Source: Octopus sinensis (Eukaryota). From it: DNA of 64,000 nt. The notes under the pieces are model-generated. The model ran no database searches and was not told where the DNA came from. It saw nothing but the letters and a program-made list of their open reading frames with translations. The position numbers and the translations under genes were made by a program. Of this stretch, positions 24,289 to 37,352 are shown in pieces. The stretch covers positions 111,538,001 to 111,602,000 of the forward strand of contig NC_043002.1 of the NCBI RefSeq assembly GCF_006345805.1. The letters run 5' to 3'. Positions within the stretch are counted from its first letter, which is position 1. Every line of letters starts with the position of its first letter.

Positions 24289-24293
24289 TAATA

Positions 24294-24700
24294 AAAACAT
24301 TGTGTACAGTGCTCAGGTGCACTACAACTCATCTAAAGTGTATGTATAATCAGGTGTAGTTTCGGCGGATTTCGGAAAGCATGTGGGCCTTAAAGGATGC
24401 AGTGTCATGGCAGTCAACAACTGACACAGGCAGTTTATTCCATGCTTCAGCAACTCTGAGCGTGAAAAAATGTTTCCGAAAGTCATGGGAGCTGTGTTGT
24501 TTTCTGACTTTGTAGGCATGTCCACGTGTGTTAGACACATGGAGATCAAAAAGGTGTTCAGTGTTGTTGTTGGTGAGGTGGTTGATAACTTGTGGGTGTT
24601 TACCAAGTCCATCGCCAGATGCTGAATCCATGCCCTGAGAAACAAGGCGCTCAGAGTATGGTAAGTGTCTGATGGAGGGTATGCGTTTGGTTGCACGCAG
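24294..24700 (-). mobile_element. CR1-clade LINE 3' fragment
   Basis: ORF 24350-24631 has the CR1 C-terminal motif TRGHAYKVRK...RKHFFTLRVAEAWNKLP...FK; (TAA)n tail at ~24248-24292. Confidence 0.88.
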
Positions 24701-25079
24701 AGTTGTTAGAGCAGCACACTGACTGCCTTGTGGCTTTTATTTCAGGTTATCTGTATTCTGAGTTCAAACTCTGCCCAGGTCAACTTCACCTTTCTTTCTT
24801 CAATTATAGTGGGTAGATCAATAATAAAAACCCCTAAAGATATCAAACTCAACAGAGTTTACCTCTTCATTGAGCAGGGAGACGAAAGGCAGAATATGCT
24901 CAATAAATAGCTATGTTCAGGACAATGTTCATGGCATCAACCCCAGTGCTTAGTCTGGTGTTATATTAGTGATCCCTATTTGTCAAATGGTTACGAACGT
25001 TTCAGTTAGCCTTCCTTTGATATTACTGCACCTCTTATGTGTCCATAGCTTACACTTTTAGGTTGTTTGTATGAATTTA

Positions 25080-25560
25080 GGAATAGAAGCATACCTCAGA
25101 AAAAAGCTGTATTTACAAACAGATTTTTTTATCACACCTATTTAATGAATCTATCATTGGCTGCTTCAGTACAGGGTTGGAAGCATTGATATACCTGAAT
25201 CAGATGATTTTTATCAGTTTTGGACATAGTGCTAGTTATGTTGGACTTGAGAGATTTTATGGTGTTATGGAGGTGTTGATTGACCCCCTCTCTCTCAACT
25301 ATGCACCATAACTAATAGTCTAGTAGATTGAGGTCTGGTGAGCTAGGAGGCCATGTTTCTGGGAGAACATGATCATGGAGATTCGTATGCATTCATGCTT
25401 GGGTTGTTCTAGCCTTGTGAGATGGTGCAGAGACTTTCTTCAACACCTCTTTGTAGACAGTGCCATTGACTTGTAAGTCCTGTGTAAAAAAGTATCCCTT
25501 GTTACTGATTAAATCTTTATTATAGGCACGATGGCCCGAATTAAGAGGGGACATTACAAA
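25080..25560 (-). mobile_element. Tc1/mariner (maT/DD37D-like) transposase remnant
   Basis: Minus-strand translation contains TWPPSSPDLNLLDY and VNGTVYKEVLKKV. Confidence 0.7.
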
Positions 25561-25625
25561 ACAAGACATGGAGTACATATAATAAAAAAAATCGAAAATT
25601 ATGAAGTGAAAATGAATTATTTATA

Positions 25626-26053
25626 GGCGCAGGAGTGGCTGTGTGGTAAGTAGCTTGCTTACCAACCACATGGTTCTAGGTTCAGTCCCACTGCGTGGCA
25701 TCTTGGGCAAGTGTCTTCTGCTATAGCCTCGGGCCGACCAATGCCTTGTGAGTGGATTTGGTAGACGGAAACTGAAAGAAGCCTGTCGTATATATGTATA
25801 TATATATATATATATATGTATGTGCGTGTGTGTGTTTGTGTGTCTGTGTTTGTCCCCCTAGCATTGCTTGACAACCGATGCTGGTGTATTTACGTCCCTG
25901 TCACTTAGTGGTTCGGCAAAGGAAACTGATAGAATAAGTACTGGGCTTACAAAGAATAAGTCCTGGGGTCGATTTGATCGACTAAAGGCAGTGCTCCAGC
26001 ATGGCCGCAGTCAAATGACTGAAACAAGTAATAGAGTAAAAGAGTAATAGAGT
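25626..26053 (+). mobile_element. SINE family B
   Basis: Full-length family match. Confidence 0.85.
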
Positions 26054-26277
26054 AATTAAATGGAATAGCTTACGAGTCCCCCCCCCCCAAAAAAAAAACT
26101 CGCAGTTTCATTTAAAATACAATTCTGCTACACTGGGCGTTCATCTGTAATGTATTCTATTAAATCCTCCTGGTCAATCACAGCTGGCAAAGTGTCATAA
26201 CGTACAGAATACAATTCATAAACATCAAACTCCAAACTCAATTTCATCATTGTCTCTTCCTCTACGATCGCCGCCTT

Positions 26278-26760
26278 CCCTTGTTACTGATGACTTTCAG
26301 AACCATCACAGTCACTGGAAACTTTGTATGCATTCATGCTTGGGTTGTTCTAGCCTCATGAGATGGTGCAGAGACTTTCTTCAACACCTCTTTGAAGACA
26401 GTGCCATTGACTTGTAAGTCCTGTGTAAAAAAGTAAAGAAGTATCCCTTCTTACTGATGACTTTCAGAACCATCACAGTCACTGGAAACTTAGTATGCAT
26501 GACTGCTGGAACAGCATTTGGGCCTCTGCATATTCATCTGTTGTTCCTTTGGTTTATCTTTTGGCCACGATCAAAGTTTTCCTCATTGGAGAAAAACCAA
26601 AGAGTTCCAGCCGCTGGATGTTTTAACTTGTTTAGCAAATGCTTTGTACAGATTGAATGGTTCTCTTGTCACATCTGACTTAAACTGACCCCTACACATT
26701 ATATATAACTTGTATGCACAACTCTTCTGATGGTGTATTCTGAAACCTTCGAGGTCCTTG
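26278..26760 (-). mobile_element. Tc1/mariner (maT/DD37D-like) transposase remnant, internally duplicated
   Basis: LWFFSNEENF...VMHTKFPVTVMVLKVISKKG; shares ~125 bp with 25385-25510. Confidence 0.7.
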
Positions 26761-26799
26761 GCAATGGCTATGATTGACCTTCTGCGGTTTAATTGATTA

Positions 26800-27203
26800 C
26801 TAGCAGTATCGCCCGGCGTTGCACGGATTTGTAAGGGAAATAACTATACAGCATTTTTAGAGAGTTATAGCCAAAAAATAGCAAAAAAATGCATTAAAAA
26901 GGGAAAAAATATGATGGTAAATTTTTTTTTAAATCGTTGACTCATCGTAGACATTTTTAGAGAGTTACTTCCCTTTAAAAAAATATGCATGAAAATGGAA
27001 AAAAATGGAAAAAAATGATGGTAAATTTTTTTTTAAATCGTAGACTCTTCGTAGACGCGCGCTAATACCCAGAAGGGCTCGATATGAATCACGACTATAA
27101 GATACCCGGTTTTGGTTAAACTGCACCGCAAAATGTGGGAGTAGTTAGGAATCTAAATCGAAGGGGACAGACACTCACACAACTACAGTTTTATATATAA
27201 AGA
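26800..27203 (-). mobile_element. Non-autonomous Helitron, subfamily b
   Basis: On the minus strand: A|TC...hairpin...CTAG|T with no TSD; internal duplicated block. Confidence 0.85.
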
Positions 27204-27543
27204 TTTTTTGGACGTTTTGTCCGAAGTTATGTGTTCTGATGTTATTAGAACGCTGTGCATGTGTTTTGCATTTAGCTTCTGATGTTGGATCCCCATCAGC
27301 AGCTTCCAGCTCTTTTCGTGCATTGACAAAAAACGACTGTGCAACTTTCAGCAAGTCCACTTTACCTCACTTTTAAGGCAATGATTGCAGTGGGCATTTT
27401 CATTTGCTGAGTCAACCTGATGTCTGACGTTATTTATTTGAAAAATAGGGTATAAAAAATAAGTTAAAAGAAAGTTAGAGCTCTATATATACATACCCAA
27501 CCCCTATACACAGATGTACGTGCATCTAAAGTTCATGGTATGT

Positions 27544-27925
27544 GAAAGCACTCCGTCGGTTACGACGATAAAGGTTCCGGTTGAGCCGAATCAACAGAAC
27601 AGCCTGCTCGTGAAATTAACGTGTAAGTGGCTGAGCACTCCACAGACACGTGCACCCTTAACGTAGTTCTCGGGGATATTCAGCGTGACACGGAGAGTGA
27701 CAAGGCCGGCCCTTTGAAATACAGGTACAACAGAAACAGGAAGTAAGAGTGAGAGAAAGTTGTGGTGAAAGAGTACAGCAGGGATCACCACCATCCCCTG
27801 CCGGAACCTCGTGGAGCTTTAGGTGTTTTCGCTCAATAAACACTCACAACGCCCGGTCTGGGAATCGAAACCGCGATCCTATGTCCGCGAGTCCGCTGCC
27901 CTAACCACTGGGCCATTGCGCCTCC
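27544..27925 (-). mobile_element. SINE family A
   Basis: 11-bp TSD TCATGGTATGT at 27533-27543 and 27926-27936. Confidence 0.9.
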
Positions 27926-28259
27926 TCATGGTATGTATTCAATAATTCATTATTCTAAAATGCAAATTTTATAAGGAGTTATTTTTTTTCCAGGGGGCAC
28001 AACTCAGGTCAACTTAGTAGTTCTTGCTACAAAAGTACATCACTAAAAATCATAAACTTTGCAGATTCTGCCGACTGGAATTATTTATAGAAATCTTTTG
28101 ACAAATATTGCGAATAAGACAATTTTTGGTTGCATTTAATTAATTTTGTTTAGGAAACGAAAATTCTTGTACGATAACTCGTATTAGCCTCTGTACTGTC
28201 TTTTGACTTGCTATAAATAGTAGCCAACTCACCTCCGTTTCATACTTTTGATACACTAC

Positions 28260-28582
28260 TCTTTTTACTCTTTTACTCTTTTACTTGTTTCAGTCATTTG
28301 ACTGCGGCCATGCTGGAGCACCGCCTTTAGTCGAGCAAATCGACCCCGGGACTTATTCTTTGTTAGCCCAGTACTTATTCTATCGGTCTGTTTTGCCGAA
28401 CCGCTAAGTAACAGGGACGTAAACACACCAGCAATGCTAGGGGGACAAACACAGACACACAAACATATACACACACACATATATATATACATATATACAT
28501 ATATACGACAGGCTTCTTTCAGTTTCCGTCTACCAAATCCACTCACAAGGCATTGGTCAGCCCGGGGCTATAACAGAAGACA
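28260..28582 (-). mobile_element. SINE family B, head-truncated
   Basis: Family match. Confidence 0.8.
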
Positions 28583-28736
28583 ACTATAACTGGCAACAAC
28601 CTCGCTTGAATCTTTTACACATGCCACCGGCACAGGTGCCAGTAAGGTGACGCTGGTAACAATCACACTCGAATGGTGCCCTTTTACGTGTCATCGGCAT
28701 ACAGCCAGTTGGCTGCTCTGGCAATGATCAATAAAT

Positions 28737-29593
28737 ATCCGGACTGTTGCTATAGTAACGAAGCGAAAGCATGGAAAGTGAAGCTGTTTGACACAGATTG
28801 ACCTTAAATACTGCTGTGCCTGCACACTAAGTTTTAACGTTCTGGCTTACTTCCACTGCTTACAGCAGTGTTTGGAAGGAAGGTGTGTAGCATGTGATCT
28901 TTATGTTAACCATAACAAAAAAAGTTGAGCAGAGAATCTGCATCAAATTTTGCCAAAAGCTTGGTGATACTTGCTCAGAGGCCTACACAAAGTCTTCAAA
29001 AAGTTTTTACTGTCCTTGACACAATCAAGGAGATCTTGTGCAACTGAAGCCCTAGTTTTATTTTTTGGTCAGCTGAAAGCAGTTTTGCCACAAACTTGAT
29101 AGACATGTGTCTCATACCCAAATCTTCAAGTGATAATGGATTGAACCGTAACTAATCTGTACGTCCTCTGATAACTCATGGATGGTGATTCGATGATTTC
29201 CCCTCACAGCTGCATGCACATCTGAACTGTTTTTCTCAGTTATGCTAGTTGCGGGTCTCCCAGAGCTTTTGTGAATATCGATATTTTTTCAGCCATTATA
29301 GAAACATCTGAACCACTCATACACTTGTATGCAGCTCATGCACTCTTCTCCATACACAATCTGGTAACTTTGTGTAGGCCTCTGAGCAGGTGTCACAATG
29401 ACAACTTTCTCTGACATGGTCAATCTGATGATCACATGCTACACACCTTCCTTCCAAGCACTGCTCTAAACAGCGGAAGTGAGCTAGAATGTTAAAACTT
29501 AGTGTGTATACACAGCAGAGTTCAATATCAATCTGTGCCAAGTGGCTTCACTCTGTGTGCTTTAGCTTTGTTACTATGGCAACAGTCCGGCTA
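28737..29593. mobile_element. Mariner-derived element with two inverted 5' ends
   Basis: 28737-28991 (EQRICIKFCQKLGDTCSEAYTK) is an inverted diverged copy of 29367-29593; the middle is minus-strand transposase remnant. Confidence 0.7.
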
Positions 29594-29619
29594 CTTATTG
29601 GTCAGACCTCATATATCTT

Positions 29620-29995
29620 TTATCTTTTACTTGTTTTAGTCATTGGACTGTTGGTCATACTATAGCACTGGTTTGAAGGGATTAGTCAAACTAATCAACC
29701 CCAGTACTTACTTTTTAAGTCTAGTACTTATTCTGTTAGTCTCTTTTGCTGAACCACTAAGTTATGGGGATGTAAATAAACTAACACCAGCTCTCAAGGA
29801 GTGGGGTACAAATACACACACACACACACATGCACACACACACACATCTATATAAAATAGGTTTCTTTCAGTTTCCATCTACCAAATTCACTCAGAAGAG
29901 TGGCCCAAGGCTATGATAGAAAACACTTGTCCAAAGTACCACATAGTGGAACTGAACTTGGAACCATGTGATTTGGAAGCAAACTTCTTATTAAG
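29620..29995 (-). mobile_element. SINE family B, diverged
   Basis: Degenerate family match. Confidence 0.7.
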
Positions 29996-30381
29996 CACCT
30001 GTATTTATTGGTTAATTACTTGGAAATTAACTTTTGGGTAATGTCTGCATTATTGCATTCTTCTGTTCTTTTACTAGTTTCATTCAGTCTACTCCAGCAG
30101 CTATATTTGGGCACTACTTTGAAGGGTTTAACCAATCAAATTGTCCCCAGTACATACCTTGAAGTCTGGTACTTATTCTATCAATCACAAGGTGGTGAGG
30201 TGGTGAGGTGAACAAGGTGGTGAGGTGAACTTTTTAACCCTGCAGCCTATCACAATATTCTTAATTTTATATATACTCTTGGTGTATTCCTTAAAATAGG
30301 GTAATCCTAGCATTTGCAGATAGTACAGTGGGCCTACAGGAAAAATCTCTTGATAGGGAGTTGCAAGGAATTTTAGCTTAA

Positions 30382-30586
30382 TCCTTTAGTATTTAGATTA
30401 TTCTGTCAACCGTAATACTTATTTATTTACATTGTTTAGAATTAATCATACATTATCTCATAGCCTTGAAATTTAAATGATGTGATTGTTTATTTTTAGA
30501 ATGACATTATAGGGTAGGTATGAGAGGCTGAATCTGGCCAGTTTTAACATAAAACAGGTAGAAGCATTTGAGCCGGTTTAAAGGGG
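30382..30586 (+). mobile_element. piggyBac-like MITE
   Basis: TTAA on both sides (30378-81, 30587-90); termini TCCTTTAG / TAAAGGGG. Confidence 0.7.
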
Positions 30587-30867
30587 TTAAATAAAGTCTT
30601 AGTTATGATAACATTTCTAATGCCTGCTTTCGGGCCCTCTGATGGAGCAGCACTGTCAAACCTTTCAAACACAGTTTTTCTGAATCATTTAGTCACTTGC
30701 AAAATTTAACTTCATGAAGAGAAAAATAAAGATTAACAAAAAAATATATAATAATCTTTATGTAGGGCTTCCCGAAGATATGGAATGTATGTTGAGGGTT
30801 ATTCAAAAGTAAAATGGTTAGGAAACATTGTTCTGTATAATGTAGCTTATAACTTTCTATTTTCCAG

Positions 30868-30943
30868 ATGTTCATGTGCACATAGACGTTGCTGCAGCTC
30901 AGACGGGTGTCTCTCGTTTCTTGCAGTTAAACCCTCGCTGGAA
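30868..30943 (+). CDS. ALG12: ALG12 coding exon 8 (76 nt)
   Basis: tttccag acceptor; [25 protein letters not shown] ([14 protein letters not shown] motif); donor GTATGT. Confidence 0.96.
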
Positions 30944-30965
30944 GTATGTCATTCTCTTTCTCATT

Positions 30966-31366
30966 TTTTCTCATTTTACTTGTTTCAGTCATTTGACTGC
31001 GGCCATGCTGGTGCACTGCCTTTAATCGAGCAACTCGACCCCGGGACTTATTCTCTGTAAGCCCAGTACTTATTCTATCAGTCTCTTTTGCCGAACCACT
31101 AAGTGATGGGGACATAAACACACCAGCATCGGTTGTCAAGCAATGCTAGGGGAACAAACACAGACACACAAACAAACAAACACACACATACATATATATA
31201 CATATATACGACGGGCTTCTTTCAGTTTCCGTCTACCAAATCCACTCACAAGGCTTTGGTCGGCCTGAGGCTATAGTAGAAGACACTTGCCCAAGGTGCC
31301 ACGCAGTGGGACTGAACCCGGAACCATGTGGCTGGTAAACAAGCTACTTACCACACAGCCACTCGC
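30966..31366 (-). mobile_element. SINE family B
   Basis: Starts ~23 nt after the exon 8 donor. Confidence 0.85.
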
Positions 31367-32152
31367 TAACATTTCTTTTCTATGTTGCTTTATTTGACAT
31401 TTTTTTTTATCTCACAATAGACCAGGAATTTGTGTGTGTGTGTGTGTGTGAGAGAAACTACAATCAAATTGATCCTCTTACACTAGCATTTCTTTCATTC
31501 ATACTCAGTCACAGAGAGATAAAATATGATGAAGACCTTGGCAAGACTTGAGAGAGATGAGACTAAACTGCTGTAAAGTCCAGTAGTGTTATCTTTCTGC
31601 TCTGTCACAGTGGCAGACAAAGCAGAGCACTTCATGCAAAAACACTGATTTCTTTCAAGTTAGCCTCTTTATGGGGTCTTGATTTGCTAGAAATTGCAGC
31701 CAAATCTGTTTCCCCTGAAATCACATAATACCATTTTAAAAATAGACAGACACAGTGGTAAATGTTAGATGCCTCTATATTAGAAAGAAGGACAGGATGG
31801 TTACAGCTGGAGTTACATATTTTATTTGATAACTGCTTCACTTGGCTTGTAGAGACCCAATTGGTCACTGCAAGTATGATGAGATAAGTTCATTTGATGA
31901 ACCTATGAAACTTTTAATTTGCATGAAGTCAAGTCAAATTGTTATTAAACAATGTATATTTGTATGTATACATACACATCAATATACACACAGATGTATA
32001 TAATATAGATACACACATATATGTACATACACATATATACAGATATATAGATACGCACAAAACTATATATTGTCATCATCGATGTTCCTTTGTCACTTCC
32101 ATTATAGCTCTGAAAAAATAACTGTTAAAATCGAACTGCATTCTTGTTTTAG

Positions 32153-32390
32153 GTATAACAAAACTGAAGGCCTTCCTCCCGGTGGTTTTGCAATGCAAAA
32201 TTTCACTCACCTGCTAATTGGGACAAATGATGAAGAAGCCAATGAAATTCTTCCCTATAAAGAGACTCATACTGTAATGGATGTGGCTTTAGGATTTCAC
32301 AGAATCAAAATAAACTGGAATGCCTTTCCTCCTGTTGATGTTGTATTAATACCAAAAGTGTGGATCATGAAAAAGAAAGAAAGTGTATAG
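32153..32390 (+). CDS. ALG12: ALG12 coding exon 9, terminal (TAG stop)
   Basis: gttttag acceptor; YNKTEGLPPGGFAMQNFTHLLIG...VVLIPKVWIMKKKESV*. The nine exons sum to 1452 nt = 483 aa plus stop, all phases compatible. Ends in a lysine-rich tail resembling a dilysine ER-retrieval signal. Confidence 0.92.
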
Positions 32391-32425
32391 TTTTATGTAT
32401 AAAACACATGATATATGTATGTATG

Positions 32426-32456
<31 letters not shown>

Positions 32457-32460
32457 TGGA

Positions 32461-32466
32461 AATAAA
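32461..32466 (+). promoter_or_regulatory. Candidate ALG12 polyadenylation signal AATAAA
   Basis: First AATAAA after the stop codon (~70 nt downstream); weak evidence in AT-rich DNA. Confidence 0.4.
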
Positions 32467-32844
32467 TGCGATACATAATTAATAGTGTTTTGAGTTCTTG
32501 AATTACTTGTTCATAAATTGTCATTTACCTGCAAAGGTGCATAACACAGTGGTGTGGGTATTAATCACCTGATTCTTGGACTGGGTGGTAACATTGTGAT
32601 CTTGAGTAAGGTACTTCATTTCATGTTGCATCAGTCTTTGAAAATGGGAACCAATGAAAGCTGGTGATAAACTTTGTGATGGACTAGCATCTAATGTAGG
32701 GGTAGTTTTGTACTCTCAATTCTTTAAACTTTTCCTTATAATATGGGGATAAACTCCAGCCTAATAGGGCCAATGTAGATTTTAACTAATCCATTATTTC
32801 CATCACCTAGTATAATTAAATAGCAAAAGTGTAAACATGTGGCT

Positions 32845-33280
32845 GGTTGAATCTGGCCTCCGTGCCAGTGGCACGTAAAAGCACCATCCGTTCGTGGCCA
32901 TTTGCCAGCCTCACCTGGCCCCCGTGCCGGTGGCACGTAAAAGCACCATCCGTTCGTGGCCATTTGCCAGCCTCACCTGGCCCCCGTGCCGGTGGCACGT
33001 AAAAGCACCATCCGTTCGTGGCCATTTGCCAGCCTCACCTGGCCCCCGTGCCGGTGGCACGTAAAAGCACCATCCGTTCGTGGCCACTTGCCAGCTCCAT
33101 CTGGCATCTGTGCAGGTGGCATGTAAAATGCACCCACTACACTCACGGAGTGGTTGGTGTTAGGAAGGGCATCCAGCCGTAGAAACACTGCCAGATCAGA
33201 CTGGGCCTGATGCAGCCTTCTGGCTTCACAGACCCCAGTTGAACCGTCCAACCCATGCTAGCATGGAAAGCGGACGCTAA

Positions 33281-33318
<38 letters not shown>
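32845..33318 (+). mobile_element. SINE-like family D with 4 x 62-bp units
   Basis: gcaccatccg recurs at 32881, 32943, 33005 and 33067. Confidence 0.85.
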
Positions 33319-33319
<1 letters not shown>

Positions 33320-33818
33320 GCCGAAGACTTTCTTCACCAATTGTGCATCATTTCCATCATCTTTAGTGGGTTACAGTGGAGAAGGACTAGGATCAACTGC
33401 TTTGGCTCCACCCCTTGGTTCTTGAGTAATTTTTACTAGAGTTCATTTTGTTATAAGTTTCTGGACCAGACACCGATTTCCTTCTCTACTTATGTTTTCC
33501 CTGCAATCACTGACCTTGCTGATATTCAGATTGGACATTGGCCACATCAACTCACTTGTGTCTGGGAAGGCCTGCAAATATCATAGACTGCTCTGTTTTG
33601 GCCAACTTACAAAACAAAACAACAAAAAAGTCCTCTGTAAAAACGTATGTGGGCATGGCTATGTTGTTCAGAAGAAGTTTGTGGCAGAGAGTTCAGTTCC
33701 ACTGCATGGTACCTTGGGCAAGTGTCTTCTGTAGCCCCAGGCTGGCCAAAGCCTTGTGAGTTAATTTGGCCAATAGAACCTGACACAAACCTATTGTGTG
33801 TGTGTGTGCGTGCATGTG

Positions 33819-33849
<31 letters not shown>

Positions 33850-34296
33850 TGTGTGTTTGGCTTCCTTGACTTGACATTGTGTGACAGTTGTAAATGAGTG
33901 CCATTGTCATACAAGAGGCATTCCTCATTTTCGGATTTCCGTATAAACATGTCCAGTCACAGGGAAATATTACTTTGCTTGGAAACAAGTGAGGATTGGT
34001 AACTGGAAGGGCATCTGGCCATAGAAAAATCTCAACAAATTCTGTCTGACCCATGCAAGTATGGAAAAGAGGCTGTTAAAACGATGATGATGATGATGAT
34101 GATGATTACCAAAGCATTTGGTTCATGGTTTTTGTTTTGTTTAATTGATTGAATGTTTGTTTTTGGTATATCATAAAAATACTGAGGCAGCTGAGAAGTC
34201 TTAATTAAAATTTGTTTGAAACTTTACCTTTAGTGATTAATTTGTATATTAAGAATGCAACCCTGCTCCATCTAACATGTCATATGCTGGATGAGT

Positions 34297-34680
34297 GGAG
34301 GTGCAATGGCCCAGTGGTTAGGGCAGTGGACTCGCTGTCATAGGATCGTGGTTTAGATTCCCAGACCGGGCGTTGTGAGTGTTTATTGAGCGAAAACACC
34401 TAAAAGCTCCACGAGGCTCCGGCAGGGGATGGTGGTGATCCCTGCTGTACTCTTTCACCACAACTTTCTCTCACTCTTACTTCCTGTTTCTGTTGTACCT
34501 GTATTTCAAAGGGGCCAGCTTTGTCACTCTCTGTGTCACGCTGAATATCCCCGAGAACTACGTTAAGGGTACACATGTCTGTGGAGTGCTCAGCCACTTA
34601 CACGTTAATTTCACGAGCAGGCTGTTCCGTTGATCGGATCAACCGGAACCCTCGTCGTCGTAACCGACGGAATGCTTCCA
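34297..34680 (+). mobile_element. SINE family A
   Basis: Full-length match to other family A copies; no clear TSD. Confidence 0.85.
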
Positions 34681-34948
34681 TCCGCTTGTGCTGCTTAGGT
34701 GCGTATTGCTGTAGGTTTTCTTCTGTCTTTAAAACTTTGAGGGTGGAAGATTCTGCAGCTCAACAATGATTCTGTTAGTTCGCCACCTTAAGATGGAACA
34801 AATATTGGCAGGCATTTTGTTCAAAGCTCTGTTGATTCTATCAGTTCACCATCATCATCATAACAACATTATCATCAACAACAACTTCAGCAACAACAAC
34901 ATTAAAACAATGTGCTATTATTACTTCTCTGTCACAATTTTTTTTTTT

Positions 34949-35322
34949 TTTACTTGTTTCAGTCATTTTGACTGCGGCCATGCTGGAGCACCGCCTTTAA
35001 TCGAGCAACTTGACCCCGGGACTTATTCTTTGTAAGCCCAGTACTTATTTTATCGGTCTCTATTGCCGAACCGCTAAGTGACGGGGACGTAAACACACCA
35101 GCATCGGTTGTCAAGCAATGCTAGGGGGACAAACACACACACATACACACATATATATATATATACATATATACGACAGGCTTCTTTCAGTTTCCGCCTA
35201 CCAAATCCACTCACAAGTCTTTGGTCGGCCCGGGGCTATAGCAGAAGACACTTGCCCAAGGTACCACGCAGAGGGACTGAACCCAGAATCATGTGGTTGG
35301 TAAACAAGCTACTTACCACACA
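34949..35322 (-). mobile_element. SINE family B
   Basis: Family match. Confidence 0.85.
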
Positions 35323-35594
35323 GGTTTGTACAAAATTTTTTAAAATCTTCACTACACCTCACAAACAAAAACTCAAAATTTAATGTTTGATTCTCATGTG
35401 TTACACCATAGTACATCAACAAATAGACTTTCCACTATTTGTATATATGTCTCAGACCAGTGATTCAGCTTGTTTCGAATAGAGTTGAGTGTATGGTGCT
35501 AAGAGCTGTAAGACCACAAAATATCGATATCCACCATTTTCGTTCATCTGGGGCAAGTTGTTTCACCTGGTCCGAGACTTTCAGTGATTTTTAA

Positions 35595-35909
35595 CCCTAT
35601 AAAAAAGCACCATCCGAACTTGGCCGTTGCCAGCGCCGCCTTGGCTGGCTTCCGTGCCGGTGGCACGTTAAAAGCTCCAACCAATCGTGGCTGATGCTGG
35701 ACACCCCCCGGCACCTGTGCAGGTGGCACGTAAAAAGCACCCACTACACTCGCGGAGTGGTTGGCGTTAGGAAGGGCATCCAGCTGTAGAAACTCTACCA
35801 GATCAGACTGGAGCCTGGTGCAGCCCCTGGCTTCCCAGACCCCGGTCGAACCGTCCAACCCGTGCTAGCGCAGAAAACGGACGTTAAACGATGATGATGA
35901 TGATGATGA
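35595..35909 (+). mobile_element. SINE-like family D
   Basis: Family match. Confidence 0.8.
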
Positions 35910-36282
35910 AGTTAAGAAGGAATGTTTCTCAGAACACTGTCCTGCAGCTAATGGGTGTATAAACAAAACATATACACTATGTATGTGATGTCAATATTGT
36001 TTACATTATGAACAATAATAATAATAATACATAATAATAATAATATGAATAATAATAATACATAATAATACAAGAACTGCTTTTAATTCATAATTTGATT
36101 AAATTTTATTATTTTTATGCCATAACCCGTGGCCTACACCTGGGATGTAGCCAGTCTACTTACTTATGCATTCCTTTCCTTCTTGGGACACAAAACTCAA
36201 CTTGTGAAGACCTGTTGAGGCAAGTGAAAATCAAAATCAAAATCGTAATTGATCAACATCAATGGAATTTGTAGCTGTGATA

Positions 36283-36612
36283 CCAGTGCCGGTGGCACGT
36301 AAGAGAACCATCCGAACATGGTAATAGCCTGCGCCACCCTGACTGGCCTCTGTGCCGGTGGCATGTAAAAAGCACCATCCAATCGTGGCCATTTGCCAGA
36401 CTCGTCTGGCACCTGTGCCGGTGGCATGTAAAAAACACCCACTACACTCACAGAGTGGTTGGCGTTAGGAAGGGCATCCAGCTGTAGAAACACTGCCAGA
36501 TCAGACTAGCCTGGTGCAGCCTTCTGGCTTCCCAGACCCCAGTTGAACCGTCCAACCCATGCTAGCATGGAAAGCGGACGTTAAACGATGATGATGATGA
36601 TGATGATGATGA
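36283..36612 (+). mobile_element. SINE-like family D
   Basis: Family match. Confidence 0.8.
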
Positions 36613-37043
36613 TCTTAAAATTCAAAGCATTCAGAGCCAGACAAGATTACAACTGTTCAAACATAACATCAAACAACATTTTTATGTACAACACAGCATA
36701 AATTAGAAGAATGGAAATAAATTTTAATATGAGGAAGCTTCACTGGTTGAATCAAGAAATGTAAACACAATCTTCCTATGCTATTGATGTTTGGAGAAAA
36801 AAAAAGGAGTTTCTTGACAGACTGGTTGATTGCTTCACAGAGAAGACATACATGACTTCCTTCTGCTATATACAGCAACTAATCTGTGTTATTTTTGGGG
36901 ATATATCTTCTCTGAGCAGCAATCAATAAACAGTGCAGCCGTCTGTCAGGAATTAATCCCCTTTTTTTGCCAAACATCAATAGCAGAGAAAGAATATGTT
37001 CACATTCTTACTTCTCAAATGCAGGACGCTTTCTAATGCTTAA

Positions 37044-37264
37044 CCCTTTCGTTACCGTATTTATTTTGAGATGCTCTGTGTTTCTTTCAATTACTTTAAA
37101 TATAACAAAAAATTTAGTAAAATAACTTAGTTATTATTGAGCTAGTGTTAGGAATATAAATTGCAACTAAGGTTTGGTGGTATATTTTGATGCAAAACTT
37201 ATGAAAACAAGACATTTGTACTACAGAGCCAGAGATGGTTTCAACCAGGTTGGTAACGAAAGGA
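37044..37264. mobile_element. piggyBac-like MITE
   Basis: TTAA TSDs at 37040-43 and 37265-68; 13-bp TIRs CCCTTTCGTTACC / GGTAACGAAAGGA (1 mismatch). Confidence 0.85.
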
Positions 37265-37307
37265 TTAAATTTCTTACAACATCAAAATTTCACCTTCATC
37301 CATTGAC

Positions 37308-37352
<45 letters not shown>

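Noticed and set aside
32860-33120. CRISPR-like palindromic repeat arrays (also 38510-38770 and 41120-41340)
   Set aside because: The apparent spacers are homologous to each other or identical, the arrays sit inside a eukaryotic SINE-like family, and there are no cas genes.
36830-37036. 68-aa ORF downstream of ALG12 and similar short intergenic ORFs
   Set aside because: No splice partners, homology cues or codon signal visible.
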